A stretch of 55,557 nt of DNA, from the NCBI GenBank assembly GCA_051453625.1, contig JBOZIK010000001.1, positions 46,056,356-46,111,912 on the forward strand, read 5' to 3'. The notes beneath the pieces are model-generated. The model did no database searches, was not told where the DNA came from, and saw only the letters and a program-made list of their open reading frames with translations. The position numbers and the translations under genes were made by a program. Shown here one piece after another: positions 35,713 through 49,100 of this stretch; within the stretch, counting starts at the first letter, position 1, and each line of letters begins with the position of its first letter. The stretch is from Welwitschia mirabilis (Eukaryota).

Positions 35713-36595
35713 TGATGACTCAAAAAATAATGTACATTTATGATATATTTCTAATGAATAATATGATAACTTATTAGCCAATAATATAACATTATTATAA
35801 TATATTATGGGTTATTATGAGCTAAATTTGTGATGTAGGTTAGTTAAGGAGAGATGTGCTACAAAAAAGAAGCAAGTACAATAACTAAACAGGGGGCACA
35901 AAGAAAGGGATAACAAACTCACTACCACTGCACTTATAAATAAGCACATAGCAGAAGGATTAGGGATCTTTTTGGAGTCTTAGATAAAATATAAAAAACA
36001 CATTCAAGCAAAGAGATCATAAGAGGAAGAGCTATTAAGTGACTTTCTAAAGCTTTAGTGCCTGTTATGGAAATAGAGGGGGAGTTAATTTTTGTATTTT
36101 CTTGTCAATTAATACTAGTTGTGTTATTCTGAAAGGAATCTTATGTTGCTAGAGTATGTAATCTAAAACATTTGCATGCTATCTTTTCTTTCTCTTGATA
36201 TTGATAATAGATAGAGTTGATATTAAGATGATGTGCTAGTTAGAAATAATAGGTGTAGGTGATCTAGTTGTGTTTTCCTTGTTTTAGTTCTTTCATTTTT
36301 TCCACATTCTGTAAACTATTATCTATAAGTAGAATCCTATAAAAATAGTTTTTACCAAGAATAATAATTCTTGACAAAGTTTGTGTCTTGATCTAAAGTA
36401 TTTATTACGAGTTAAAAGCTGAAAGAAAGAAATTCTCTTATAAAAATTTTAGTGATTTAAGTTTGTGTATAATTGTGGTCATTTAAGCTGTATGTTTTTC
36501 CATCATTTTATTAATATTTTAGTTTCTTTTTAAGCATTTTCATTAAATCTAGTTAACTATTTTATAGCATTTTTAGTTAAATTCTAGGCTTGTGA
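35713..36595 (+). repeat. 3' LTR of the large gypsy family
   Basis: TGATGAC start directly after the PPT; aligns with 21649-22463 apart from an extra ~65 bp near 36315-36380. Confidence 0.9.
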
Positions 36596-38559
36596 GAATG
36601 ATAAAATTACATTTGTTTCCTATATATTTGTAAATGATTGTAACACATGATACATGTCCCTTTCCTATACAAGTTTATAAAAGTAAATATTTTATTAGCA
36701 CAAGTTAATTTTCTTATTTCAACTAACTACAAGGATCGTTAGCTTACACTAATAAATTATTTATTCCCTAACTCTCCCTTAATATAAAAATTCTTATTTC
36801 AGAATGAATGTGGTGTTGCTTTTCCAATTAGATTTACTCTAATTTTTTTTGGGATAAAGGTTGAAGAGGATTATTTTACTTCCAATTTCATGTCATAAAA
36901 GAAATTTTGTTTTGTGACATAAAACTAATTCTTCTTCTAAGTGTTCTTTTTATAAAACTTAATTTAAAACATCTTTTATATCTTCTTTCATTACTTTGTG
37001 ACTTGCTCTGCGTTCATCAATTTAGGTTTATTAACTCTACATTTATGACTGATATTCTTTCAAATTTTTTCATGCTTCTTTATAGTCATAAATTATCCAT
37101 ATCTTGACATTATTTATTTGTTGTAAGAAATATTTTTGTTTTTTGTGCACACCTTCTTTTAATTAGATTATTAACATCAAGCTACAATTTCATATAGATA
37201 TTAACTTTACCATTTCAAAAACTTGCAAATTAAAGTTTTAACTTTCTTTTTTTTTTTTTAGTTTGATAAAAGAAACTTTTTGGGTAAAACTTATTTCATG
37301 GAAATTTTCTTCAATCACTACCTTTTAAGGCCTCTTAAAATTCTTGAATAAGTTTCATCTTCCAAGTTTAAATAAACAAAAATCAATTTTATTATGATAA
37401 AATGGTTTACTTTATAAGAAAACACTCTGGAAGAAATAAATTTATTTTTTTAAAAATATTTTTTTCTTTGTCCTCATTAATTTCTAATTCATATTTATAA
37501 AAATTATTTTTATTTTATCTTAATTAAATAATTTTTATTTCATCTTCATGGATACAATATCTACTTTTCTTTCATGTCGATGTAGTTTTAACATTAGCAA
37601 AGTATGCTTTAAAATAAAGATGTGGACTATTAATTATTCTTTTAAATCTTTTGTGAGGATGATTTTATTCAAGAATAAAAACATGAAATAAGATAATGAG
37701 ATTGCTTTTATTCCATTTTCTCTCCATCAATATTATTCTTATGTGGTTCTCTTCAGTTTTGAGAAAATAATTCATGTTTTTACAAAGCTTTTGGCTTCAT
37801 AATCTTATGATAATATATTTCTAATGTACATCTATTATGTACATTATTTATTTTATTTTTCTTTTTATTTTCATCAATTAATATTTTAAGACACTGGTCT
37901 TCAATGAAATCATCTTTAATTTTTAATAAAATTCAAGTTGTAAAACACTATAAGAACTATCTTCTCATGCAATTAGTTGCATCAAGTTTTGCAATTTTAA
38001 CTCCTTGCCACTAGATGTACCATTAAATAAAAACAAACAATTACTTAGGACTTTTTGATCCTAACACACATTTTCTAGGATATCCTAGGAATGTTAATTC
38101 TAAAGTAGAGAACCCAATAAAAGATTATGAGAATACTGAAGAAGATCACATTAGAATTACTAGGAAATAAAGTAATAGACATTTTCATAATTCTAATCTT
38201 AACAAGAGGGAGGTATTTCCCCTTCATAATGATGATGATTTCTAACACCATAGGGTTATATGTATTAATATACTAATCCAACCACATTGATGCATACAAT
38301 CAAATCTTGAAAAGCCATAACAACATGTGTCAAAATCAAAGATCACTTAGGGTAACCTCTTCATCTCCCTCATTATTTGATAGGTTGAATGATGATTAAA
38401 GATATCAATTTAAATGTCAACATAAGCATTATCAAAGAAACCAATATAATTATCATGAACATTACTAATTCTATTATTTAATACATAATAAACAAAACCT
38501 TACTACTTGTAAACCCATTGACATGACTCAATGTAGATGAATCCTCATCTCTTAAATGT

Positions 38560-40900
38560 CATATATAAACTCCAATAAAAATTTCCAAGTACTACACTCT
38601 AGATAGTTAGACCTCCTACCTAGTGAAATTAACTCGCTAACTCGACATTTCATCCACTTCAACATACCTATGCTTCATCTATAGCTAAGCATTTAAGCCT
38701 CATATTTTGAGAAGTTCAATGGGAAAACAAATACCATAGCCCATGTTATAACCAAATGAAATGCCTATGTCATATATGCATGTAGTCAAGCCATTAAGTT
38801 TAGATTCTTATCTTGTTTCCTTACTGGATATGATTTATATTGGTATCTCAATTTATCATGATACTCAATGATGAGTAATAATTATGTGACTTGATTCTTC
38901 AAAAGTTATCCATAAATTGAGATATAGAAGACTCTTGGATAACTTTCTTTAAGATCACTCAATAGCATAATGAGTTGGTAGCTAACCATATCATTCATTA
39001 AACTTGTCATAGGCATTTCATTAGGCCCTGGGTAAAAATGAGTTGGTGTTAATGTTTATAGCAAACTTAACATATTCATGTAGCCTAAGATAAATTACAT
39101 TGATTAGCCATCCCTAAGATAAATGTGTGCAACATGTAAATGAAATAAAAAAGTTATTTCCATTAGAATCATATAGTGAGAAATCCTAGTACTCAAAAGT
39201 TATCTGGCCCTTAAATAATAGAGTAATGTAATAGGATATGTACAACCAATAACATCAATTAAGGAAAAAACAAAGAATGAGTTAACCAAATAGAACAAGG
39301 TCAAACATTACAAAAAGTTCAATAGATAGAAAAAAGTAAAACACAACCAATAAAATAGAATGACCAATGAAGAAATGATAATAACCATTTTCAAAAATAG
39401 AATAAGAGTTTAATCAACAAAATAATAAAATACAAATAGATAAAAGGAATTATGAAGACTACATCATTTCCCTACGTATGTATGCAAATTGTGAAGGTTC
39501 TAATCAATTATAAACACATATAATTACCCAAGATAAAACCACTTCAACTTAATCAACCCTAACTTATCATAATATAAAGAAGCAAGGCATCTATCATAGG
39601 GTATCAAGTTATGACACTNNNNNNNNNNATCTTATCTAATGAATGATCAACTAAGGGAAAATTATCATAAAATTTAATGTCTTAATACCACAAGTCAACA
39701 ACAATTTTGAGATCTCTAATAACTCATTCAACTAAAACAATAATACCAAATTCAATAAAATAGTCATAGGTTTTCATAAACAATTTATCATAGTATTGAT
39801 GAAATAGGACAATGTAGAAATTCACTAATCTATACCTCTTGTTACCTAAATCAAGGTAATTAATGCAATCATTATTGACCTCATAGAATACTAGCACTTG
39901 TCATTCCATTTGTAAAAAGATGAATCACATCAAATTCACTACTATTTAATCAACATTCACTTCTTCTTAAGTCCTTTACTAATTCATTATCTTATGCCTA
40001 CACCCTATGTGATCCTAATTTTGGTCTAACTAGTAGTGACCAACTTGGTAACATATATCTGTAGGTGATATCCATAATGAAGACATGCCAAAACTCAGCC
40101 TATAAATCCAAACTTTCCATAATAATAAGATTCTATCACCTCATCACAACAAGACCAATAATCACAATTGATGCAACAAGTGGAAAATAATCTGCTTATG
40201 TGATAATCTTACACATAAAGGCAACTTAAAAAACCCCTTAAAACTAGTAAAAACGAAAACACCCATTGCCCTAATCCATCATAAAATTCCAAATTTTGGA
40301 TATCTTTTAAATCATAAAAAACTAACCTCATGTTGTATGACCTCATCATGATGTCATGAATAAAACATCTTGTATAACAAAATTGTCTTAAGAAATCATA
40401 TTAACCTTATAGCTCCAATTATTAATGCTTTAATAGATTAAAACCCACTGCTAAATTCCCTTTTAGATCTAATTATCTATTCCAAAACATTCAAAGGTAG
40501 TAATACCAACATGTCCAAAATTTACCTAGCTTGATATTATATGCCACCATAGCTCATGTTAATAGTTATAATGTCAAATGCATGCTAGTAGACATAGGAG
40601 TGGGTTTCAATGTAAGTAATTTGGCCTTGAAATGAAATTAATTTAATGGATATTTCAAATCTTTAAACCTTCAATGGAAACTTAATAATGAGCATGGGAT
40701 ACCTTGACATCATAATAGGCATTGGTTTCTATAAAAGCTAAAACCCATTTAACTATTATTGTTGGCAACATGATAGAAAATATTATCTTAGGATTTCTTT
40801 ATTTGTCATAACATGAAGTGGAAAATCTATCTTACATGAAAAAATTAAAGCCTTAATCAATGTTGAGTTGTTACCATTAACACAAATCCTTATCCATATG
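38560..40900 (+). pseudogene. Very old Tat/Ogre-like gag-protease remnant
   Basis: FEKFNGKTNTIAHV at ~38706 (cf. gag FEK.DG..DP..H) and NVKCMLVDIGVGFNV at ~40570 (aspartic protease LVD.G motif). PPT-like AAGTTAGGGGGA at ~41309. Confidence 0.55.
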
Positions 40901-41406
40901 CATATGTTAAAGCTGATGCTAGTTAACCACTAAACCATATTATTAATAGGTCTTCAGTAGAATTTGGGATTAGGGCCTTTATTATACTTAACAACTTAAA
41001 ACTCAAACCCATGAACTTATGCTTATTTATCATATTAAACATTGTAAGACCTATAAATTACTGAAAAAACCATAGCATGGTAGATTCTTTAATACCCATG
41101 AGGGTTTAATACATAAATTTTTTTTATGGGATGATGTAAGTCAAGATGACATAAGCACTTTAGTGTCTTTCCCATCATATTAACATTTAACAAGTATATA
41201 TCTTTAATTTGTATAGTCTTATATTCAAAAGCACAACTATGGCCATAATTTGGCTCACAAACTAGGTGATACTCAATGACATTATAGAAACAAATGCAAG
41301 ATGCAACAAAGTTAGGGGGAAAAGATTAAACCCATTAAGTGTTCTTTTAAAATGAACTAGCTTCATGATTTGTGTAGGAGGGATCTGCATCCTATGTACA
41401 CTAGCC

Positions 41407-43178
41407 AAATGTATAGATAGTAGGATATAAAGAAATTAGTGCTTTACACAAGAGGAAAAGGAAGTTGAAAGGGACAGTTATAGAGAAATTACAAAACAAA
41501 CTCAAAGGAAATCATTATTTTGGTAGCCAACTAGTACTATATTATAGTGATGCTTGATAGCCTTCAAGAGAAAATAAAAGTGAATTAATATCTTACACAA
41601 TAAACCTTCTCTTTAAGTTCCAAATAAAGATCTCCTTCCAAGCTCTCAATATAGAGCTTCTCTCAAGCTCCCAACTTTGAGATCTCTTATTTATCCATCA
41701 TTAACTTCAACTACCAAAGAATATTCTTCATTTCATCCTAAACTCTTATTTATAGGGCTTTAAGAATAAACTTAATGATGAAGCAATCTTTCAATATTAG
41801 CCTCTTAAATAATTCACTAAAAATAGTATCTAAAGATAAAATTTTCCTTGCACATAGATTTCCTCTATACATAACATATTCCTTATACCTAATTGCCCTA
41901 CAAACATAGCATATTTCTGAGATATAGATGTCCATTAAACATACTAATTTAAATATTCATACATATCTCTTAAATGGTAATTACATATGATACTTACATA
42001 GCAATTATACATGGGAGGTTTTAATTTCTACATAATACCCACTCATCTTAATTTTTATTTTAAAGGATGCTTCTGCATCATACATCCTCCCTTGAAAATG
42101 AGCCTATCCATAAGTGATAAAAGTAATGTCACAAACCCAACATTATAACTTCATATATGAAGATAGGCTTTCTGCATACCACTTTATCCTTCTCTTCATC
42201 ATGTACAACATCATATAGATAATTTATATTTTGCCATATCCATGCTATTAAACATAATTTAGACTCCACAATTTTGTGTCCTTTGTTCATGTCATCTCTC
42301 TAAGCTATCAAAGTCTTCTTATCTAGAAGAATGCTAGCATGCCTTCACAGAAGATATTCCTTTTCCAAGATCATCCTCTTTGATAATCATCAATCCTCAT
42401 ACATGATATTTTCTTCTTTCTTGTCTACTTCTTTGAATATCTATAACTTTTTTCTTAAATTTCTTACTAATAATTCAAAGTGACACTAGTGCCAAAACTT
42501 TAATATCATATGATGTGAAAAGCATAGGATCTAGAGTAATTAGTAGTTTACACAATAAGAAAAAGAAGTAGAGAGGGAGATTTATAGAGAAATTACAATA
42601 CAAACTAAAATAATTTTTTTTTTTTTTGCATTACAACTAATACCATATTATAATGGTAACTGATATCGTTTGAAAGAAACCACAAGTGAGCCAAGATCTT
42701 ACATAAGGAATATTCCCCTTAAGTTTCCAATCAAAATATTCTCTCAAGCTATAAACATAAAGCTTTTCTCAAGCTCTTAACTTCAAGATCTCTTACTTTT
42801 CCATTATTAACTCCAAATACCAAAGCATACCCTTCATTTCATTATGCTTTCTTATTTATAAGGCTTCAAGAGGAATCTTGATGATGAAATCTTCTAATAT
42901 TAGCCTCTTGCACAATTTACTAGAAATAGTATCTAAATATAACATTTACGCATAGATGCCCTCTAAATATAACATATTCCTTGCACCTATATGCACTCAA
43001 AAAATAGCATATTTCTAACATCTAGATGACCTCTAAACATATTATTTTAAATGACCACACGTAGCTCTAATGTGGTAATTATACATGGCACTTACATAGT
43101 AATTACACATCAGGGGTTTTACTTTCTATACAATAGCCACTCATCTTAATTTTATTTTTTAAGAATGCTCTTGCATTA
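41407..43178 (-). mobile_element. Non-coding LTR mini-element: two ~670 bp LTRs and a 430 bp interior
   Basis: 41407-42080 aligns with 42511-43178. PPT (minus strand TTTTCAAGGGAGGATGTA) at 42081-42098; decayed Met PBS (minus strand TGATATTAAAGT) at 42497-42508. Confidence 0.82.
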
Positions 43179-43199
43179 ATGGAAGGGGGGCATGCATCT

Positions 43200-45371
43200 T
43201 GTGCAGTCAATGTATCCTTTCTTTCACTTGGTTCTGTCTCACTCATAGTTCCACTTCCTTCCATGCTATGAACATGCATGTTTATCCCATCTTAGATGGG
43301 TGCTTCTTTATGAGCTTCTAATATGTCCTCCTTCTACATTATTAGAAGGACTTTTTATTGTCTTACCTTTTCCTCAAGTTCTTTCTTTAAGCCTTTTCTT
43401 AGAGGAATGCCTCCATGTTGGCTATGTTACAACTGTAATCTTCAATTATCTTTTTGACTTTCCACATCTTGGCCTAGTAATATACTTTTTTTATTCATTA
43501 GCTTATAATCCTTTACTACCTTACTATGACAAAGGATTGCATAGTGAATGTTTTTATAAAATGCATCAATTATAGTATTTTGATCTTACTTTTTCCTTAT
43601 TATCTTTACAATATGTTACATTGCTATCTTTACCTTCTCAACATAAATAGCCTCTAGTAGATAGTCCTATTTCCTTAAGATCTTGAGCTTTAAATTTATA
43701 AAGATCTATATCTAATCCTTCATGCACTTTTTTATCTATTGTTTTTCATTCTATATGTAGATGAACTCAGAGGTGAATTGAGCCAAAATATCTTCCAATT
43801 TAGTATTTCTATAACACCAGTCTTCCATTACTTCTATAGCCTTTTCTAATGTATCCTTATTTTTAACTTCATTTTCTAAGCCATCCTTGAAAAGGGGATC
43901 AAATTCAAGTATTATCTTGATTAGCCTCAGGTCTTCTATTCATCTTAGGCTCTTAGGTATCATAATAAAAGGCTCACTTATAATTTTGTCTAAATATTTC
44001 ATGTTAATGATATTACGGGAAGGATGCATAAATTTTGACATTTCTTCAATCTTTATACTATTAGATGGCATCATCAAGATAATGCATGAGAAGATATATA
44101 ATTTCATGTAATTTTAAGCCACATGCTTGCCTTTATCATTTTTTTGAATCCTTATATATCTATCCTATGGAGTAGTTCCCCTTTCCTACTTCACCACCCC
44201 ATGGCATATCTAGCATCTTGACATAATTAAAAGGTGGTATTCTATCTTCTTCACTAGATGTCTTCTACTTCTTTGCCCTATTATCTTCAACATGGATGAA
44301 GACTTATTTAGCTCTCCTCTTTTGGATCATCATAATTTATCTTTTAAATAAATTTTATAAACATAATAGAATTGCTTATTTATGGGCCTCAGCACTAGGA
44401 TCTATTTAAAAAAACATATGGCAGTGAGATTAATCCTTCATTTGATTAGAAGATCATTGATAATAAAAATATTAGTAAAACCAAACTATAGTGAAATAGT
44501 ACCCTTGATAGTAACCGCTTTACCCTTTTGCTTATCAATAAAGCCCTTTAATGTTTCTATTTACTTCTTGATTTTATTGTGGATCTTTTTCTTCATTATA
44601 CATTTTTATGAATTATACTATAATAGATGGATTAGATTCAAATTCATTGTCCTCTCTAAGCCCTTTTTAAGGTCTTTGAAATCCTATATTCATTGGGCAA
44701 TGTATCCTTATTAACTCATTGGCCATCATCCTGTTAACCCCACCATGTGTTATACTTGCTTTTAGAGCCTCTTGCTATGATTTCTTCACTAGCTTTTTAA
44801 GACTATGATGGAACTAATGTTAAAGGAATTATTCATCATCTTTGGGATAAATTCAAGTCCTAACCATACTTTGAATATAGATAAGATGAACTATTATCCA
44901 TAGCATTTTGAAATTTTAGTACTTTAACTTACCATGTAGTGTATCATATGGGTGATCTACTTAACTATACTTAGTCCCACTCTCCATACATATTTTTGAT
45001 GATACAAGACCATTTTAAATATCTTTGTCTTTTTCTTGGATGACATCAAAGTTTGTATCATCTATCAAATAAACTTCATATTGTTTTGTTATAAATTCTC
45101 TATGTACAACATGTGTTTTCCACGGACTTCCTTCTTAGTTTAGCCTAATTAAAAGATAATATTTTTTTCCATTTAAAATCCTTCAAGTCCTCCAATCTTC
45201 TCATAGAAAGGACTTTATTAGGAAGGTACACACTATATGCACATAATAGAAATCTACCTAAAATTCATATCTACACTCTATTATTTTTGTAGGCATCCAC
45301 TTCTCATCTAACTTCAAATTTGTCTTTAAGATGTTTGTTTCTCCAAGAGGTGATTTACTCAAAATGGCCAT
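43200..45371 (-). pseudogene. Decayed coding remnant, caulimovirid capsid-like (alternatively a divergent retroelement gag)
   Basis: Long minus-strand frame with few stops (~43570-44110): ...ILAQFTSEF...DLYKFKAQDLKEI...VRSKYY, then ILCHSK...PRCGKSKR, a broken knuckle (NVEGGHIRS, ~43312-43340) and an acidic/Ser tail. Confidence 0.4.
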
Positions 45372-45639
45372 GTTATAAACTTTGATAGTCACAATTAATT
45401 TATAAGATCATTCTACATGTAATTAAAAGAAAAAGTTTCCTAAATTTTAAAAAAATATAGATTACAATTCATCTTTATTGATTTGGACTTGGCTACCTTT
45501 ATGTAGGTGACCCTTTGCTTATTTTCTCTTATTTTAGAAAATAGAATAATTGGTTTAATGTCAGCATCTATTTCAAAATTTATATCTCATGACTGTCTTG
45601 TTGGGTATTTATAAAGGTAAAAGTTAATCTTATAAGATC

Positions 45640-45714
45640 TTTAAGATTTTTTTCTAGTTCTTAGGCCTCATCATACTCAAGGGATTTTTAAATCCCACAA
45701 TTAGTATTAGAGCC
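45640..45714 (+). mobile_element. LTR end plus decayed Met PBS of a host element hit by the CRM insertion
   Basis: TAGTTCTTAGGCCTCATCAT...AAGGGATTTTTAAATCCCACA followed by AT and TAGTATTAGAGCC (45702-45714). The same LTR end recurs at 53035-53080. Confidence 0.7.
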
Positions 45715-45719
45715 TGTAT

Positions 45720-46008
45720 TGATGTGGAATGTACTAATAATAACTTCATTGATTGGGCCAAGTCCAGTTAAGAAGGGTGGAATGATGTGATCCCATAGTT
45801 TTATTTTTATATTTTTCTATTTAGCATATATTTTTATTTTCCTATTTTTTTTTTAGTCTTATATTGTTTAGGAATTTTTGTTGAAAGGACTTATGTCTTA
45901 TAAATAAGTGGCTTATGTACTATTTAAGGGAATAATAAAGACTTGAATTCTTATATTTAGAGGCTAATTGCCCTTGAAGTAACTATTGAATGCTTTCTCA
46001 CTACGTTA
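45720..46008 (+). repeat. 5' LTR of the CRM element
   Basis: TGATGTGGAATG...CTACGTTA, with TATA-like TATAAATA at ~45899; ~85% identical by eye to the 3' LTR. Confidence 0.93.
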
Positions 46009-46169
46009 GTTTAGTATTAGAGTAGGTTTGCTTAACAGCTTAATATCAGGTGGTCTAGGCAGAGTTAGCAATGCTTCTTTTAATGACAATCAGAGGGATA
46101 AAACCTTAGATCTTGGGGTGGGTATTGATGTGTTAGCATTTTCGATTAATTAGATTAATATTAGGCTTC

Positions 46170-49100
46170 AATGTCATTATGAACATTTTGATCACCTAGA
46201 AGAGATCCTTCATCGATTAGAGGCATGACTTAACAATTCCAAAGAAGCTGAAATGATGACAAGAGAATGCCTAGTGGTAGTGTAGGTCATAGACAACCTT
46301 TCATTATACTTATCATAAAGTTCATGGATGTAGAAGATAGGTTAAAATGGTAGATGATTCAAAAAAAGATGATGATAACTATTTTGGAGAACCTCATAGA
46401 AGGAATGCATGCCATAGAAGGAATGATCAGGGTGAAAGAGAAATAGATTACAAATTAGAGGTAGATATTCCTTACTTTCATAGTAATATGAATATTGAAT
46501 ATTTTTTTGATTGGATCGTAGACATAAAACATTTATTTGAGTATATGGAGACTCTAAGGGAGAGAAGGATTAAGTTGGTTGCATGCAAGCTAGAGGGTGA
46601 TGCTTCTTCTTGGTGGAAGAGTGTGCAATTTTAAGAGAACACATGAAGACAAAGAACCTATTAGAATGTGAAGAAGAATAAGGCAATTATTCATTAGCGA
46701 ATTTATTCCTCTTGATTATGAACAATTTCTATTTTAGTAGTATCAGAGGTGTCAACATGGTCAAAGAACTGTACATGAATACTATGTAGAGTTCACAAGG
46801 TTAGCAACAAGGAATGACTTAAGGAAGACAAAAGGGAAATAGGTCGCTAGATTTTTTGGGGGTCTAAAACTAGCCATTAAAGACAAAATAGAAGTGCAGG
46901 TGCTGAGAACTTTATCTTAATATTGTAACTTAGCTTTAAGGGCTGAATAATTGATGCAAGAAATGAGTAAGGCAGAATATCCTCACAGGAATTATGGTGA
47001 GGATACTTATAAGACTGTGGCTTCCAATGATAAAGGCAAAGTCTAGGAAAGTATAAATAAGGAGGAGAGAATTTCTAGTAAATAGAAGATAGCAGATTTA
47101 AAAGAGGAACCAAAAGCTCTTAATCCCTATGCTAGACCCATCCCAAGAAACTACTTTAACTATAACTAACTAAGCCACAGATCTAGTGACTATCCTCTTA
47201 GAAAAGTAATTCATGTGGTGAAGTGAAAAGATAAGGAGGAAGAGGTGTATTGTGATCCAGACAGGGATGTGAAATATTGTGATTTTGAGGATGACATTAA
47301 AAATGATAAGAGCCATAATTATGTGATAAGAAGGATCATGTGCACATCAAAGCAGGAGGATGATACCTAGCAACATCAATTGTTTAGAATCAGGTAAACC
47401 ATTCTCAACCATGTATTTGATGCCATTGTTAATAGTGGTAGCTATGAGAATATCATTGATAAAGACACTATGGAGAGTGTAAGGTTGAAGATGTAAAAAC
47501 ATTCTAATTTATACTCAATCAACTAAATTAAGAAAGAAGATAAAATTTAGATGACTAAATGTTATACCTTTTTCTATCAATAAGTATAAGAATGAAATAT
47601 ATTTTGATGTGGTAGATATGAATGCCTATTACTTGTTGTTTAGTATACTAGGGTAGTTTGATATTGCAACATAGCATAACAGAAGAGAGAATACATACAA
47701 ACTATAGAAAAATGGTAGGAAGTACACCTTATTATAAATTAAAGAAAGTTCCAAAACTAAAGCTTCTAAAGTAGAGGGGATAACTTTCTTTACATTGGCT
47801 CATTCTAAAACTAAGTTTGAGGGGGTTTTAAAGGAGACAAAGGAGGTATACTCTATAGTTATGAGATACGTATTAGTATCGAAGGAGAAAAAGGAGATAG
47901 TAGAGTACCTAAATGCTATCAAGCAATTATTGGAGGAGTTCAGTGATGTCATGCTTGAAGAACTAACCCATAGGGCTACCACCTATGAGAGACATTTAGC
48001 ACCATGTTGATCTAGTTTCTAGTGCTAGTTTGTTAAATACACCACATTACAAGATGAGTTCAAAGGAAGGAAAAATTCTTAGGAATCAAGTTGAAGAACT
48101 ATTATCTAAGGGGCATATTTAAGAGAGCATGCGTTCATGTGTAGTTCTACCATTACTGACTCTAAAAAAAGATGGTAGTTGGAGGATGTGTGTTAATAGC
48201 TAAGACATCAATAAGATTACTGTGGACCATAAATTTTTCATTTCTTGACTGGATGATATGCCTAACATGTTGCATAACACATAGATTTTTTCCAAGATTG
48301 ACCTTTATAGTGGATATCATCAAATCTTAATTAGACCTAAGGATGAGTGGAAAATGGATTTCAAGATAACGAAGGAGCTATATGAGTAGCTTGTAATGTC
48401 ATTTGGGTTATCGAATGCTTCCAACACTTTTATGAGACTCATGAATCCGGTACTAAGACATTTATTGCAAATTTTTGGTTTTCTATTTTGATGATATCCT
48501 AATATATAGTCAAACTAAAGAGAAGCATATCTCACAATTGCGTGGGGTAATGATATCCTTGTAGGAAAACAAATTGTATGCTAACCTAAAGAAGTACAAC
48601 TTCATGACTAATAGGATATTATTTCTAAGTTATGTCATTGGGATAGATGGTATTCAGGTGAATGAAGAAGAGATTCAGACTATTAGAGAGTGGCCAACAT
48701 CAAAATAGTAACTAAGATTGGGGGTTTTCATGAGCTGGCTACATTCTATAAGCATTTCATATGGAAATTTAGTAGCATTTTAGCCCTAATTAGTGAGTGT
48801 CTGAAGAAGGTAAAGTTTTAGTAGGATGAGGAAGCTAAAACCAATTTTGCAGTGTTGAAAGAAAAGCTATGCATAGCTCTAGTGTTAGCATTACTTGACT
48901 TTGATGCCTTATTTAAGATTAACTGTGATGCTAATGGTGGGGGAATAGGTGCTGTATTATCCTAGAGAAAGAGGCCAATAGCATATTTTAATAAGAAGAT
49001 TAGTAATGCTAGGTGCAAATGATCCACATATGACTAGGAGGTTTATTCTATTGTCCATGCTTTAAAGAATTAGGAATAGTATTTGATTGGAAAGGAGTTT

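Larger units (their letters stand above)
21649..36595 (+). mobile_element. Large non-chromovirus Ty3/gypsy element (Athila-related), possibly a scaffolded composite of two copies
   Basis: LTR pair, PBS-like TGG, gag-PR-RT-RH-INT order, long 3' region, PPT GAGTGTGAAGGGAAC (35698-35712). Flanks GGATT/GAATG match only 3/5, and there are three internal N gaps. Confidence 0.75.

Noticed and set aside
43300..44714. Plus-strand ORFs 43300, 43887 and 44382
   Set aside because: They look like shadow frames opposite the more protein-like minus-strand remnant.
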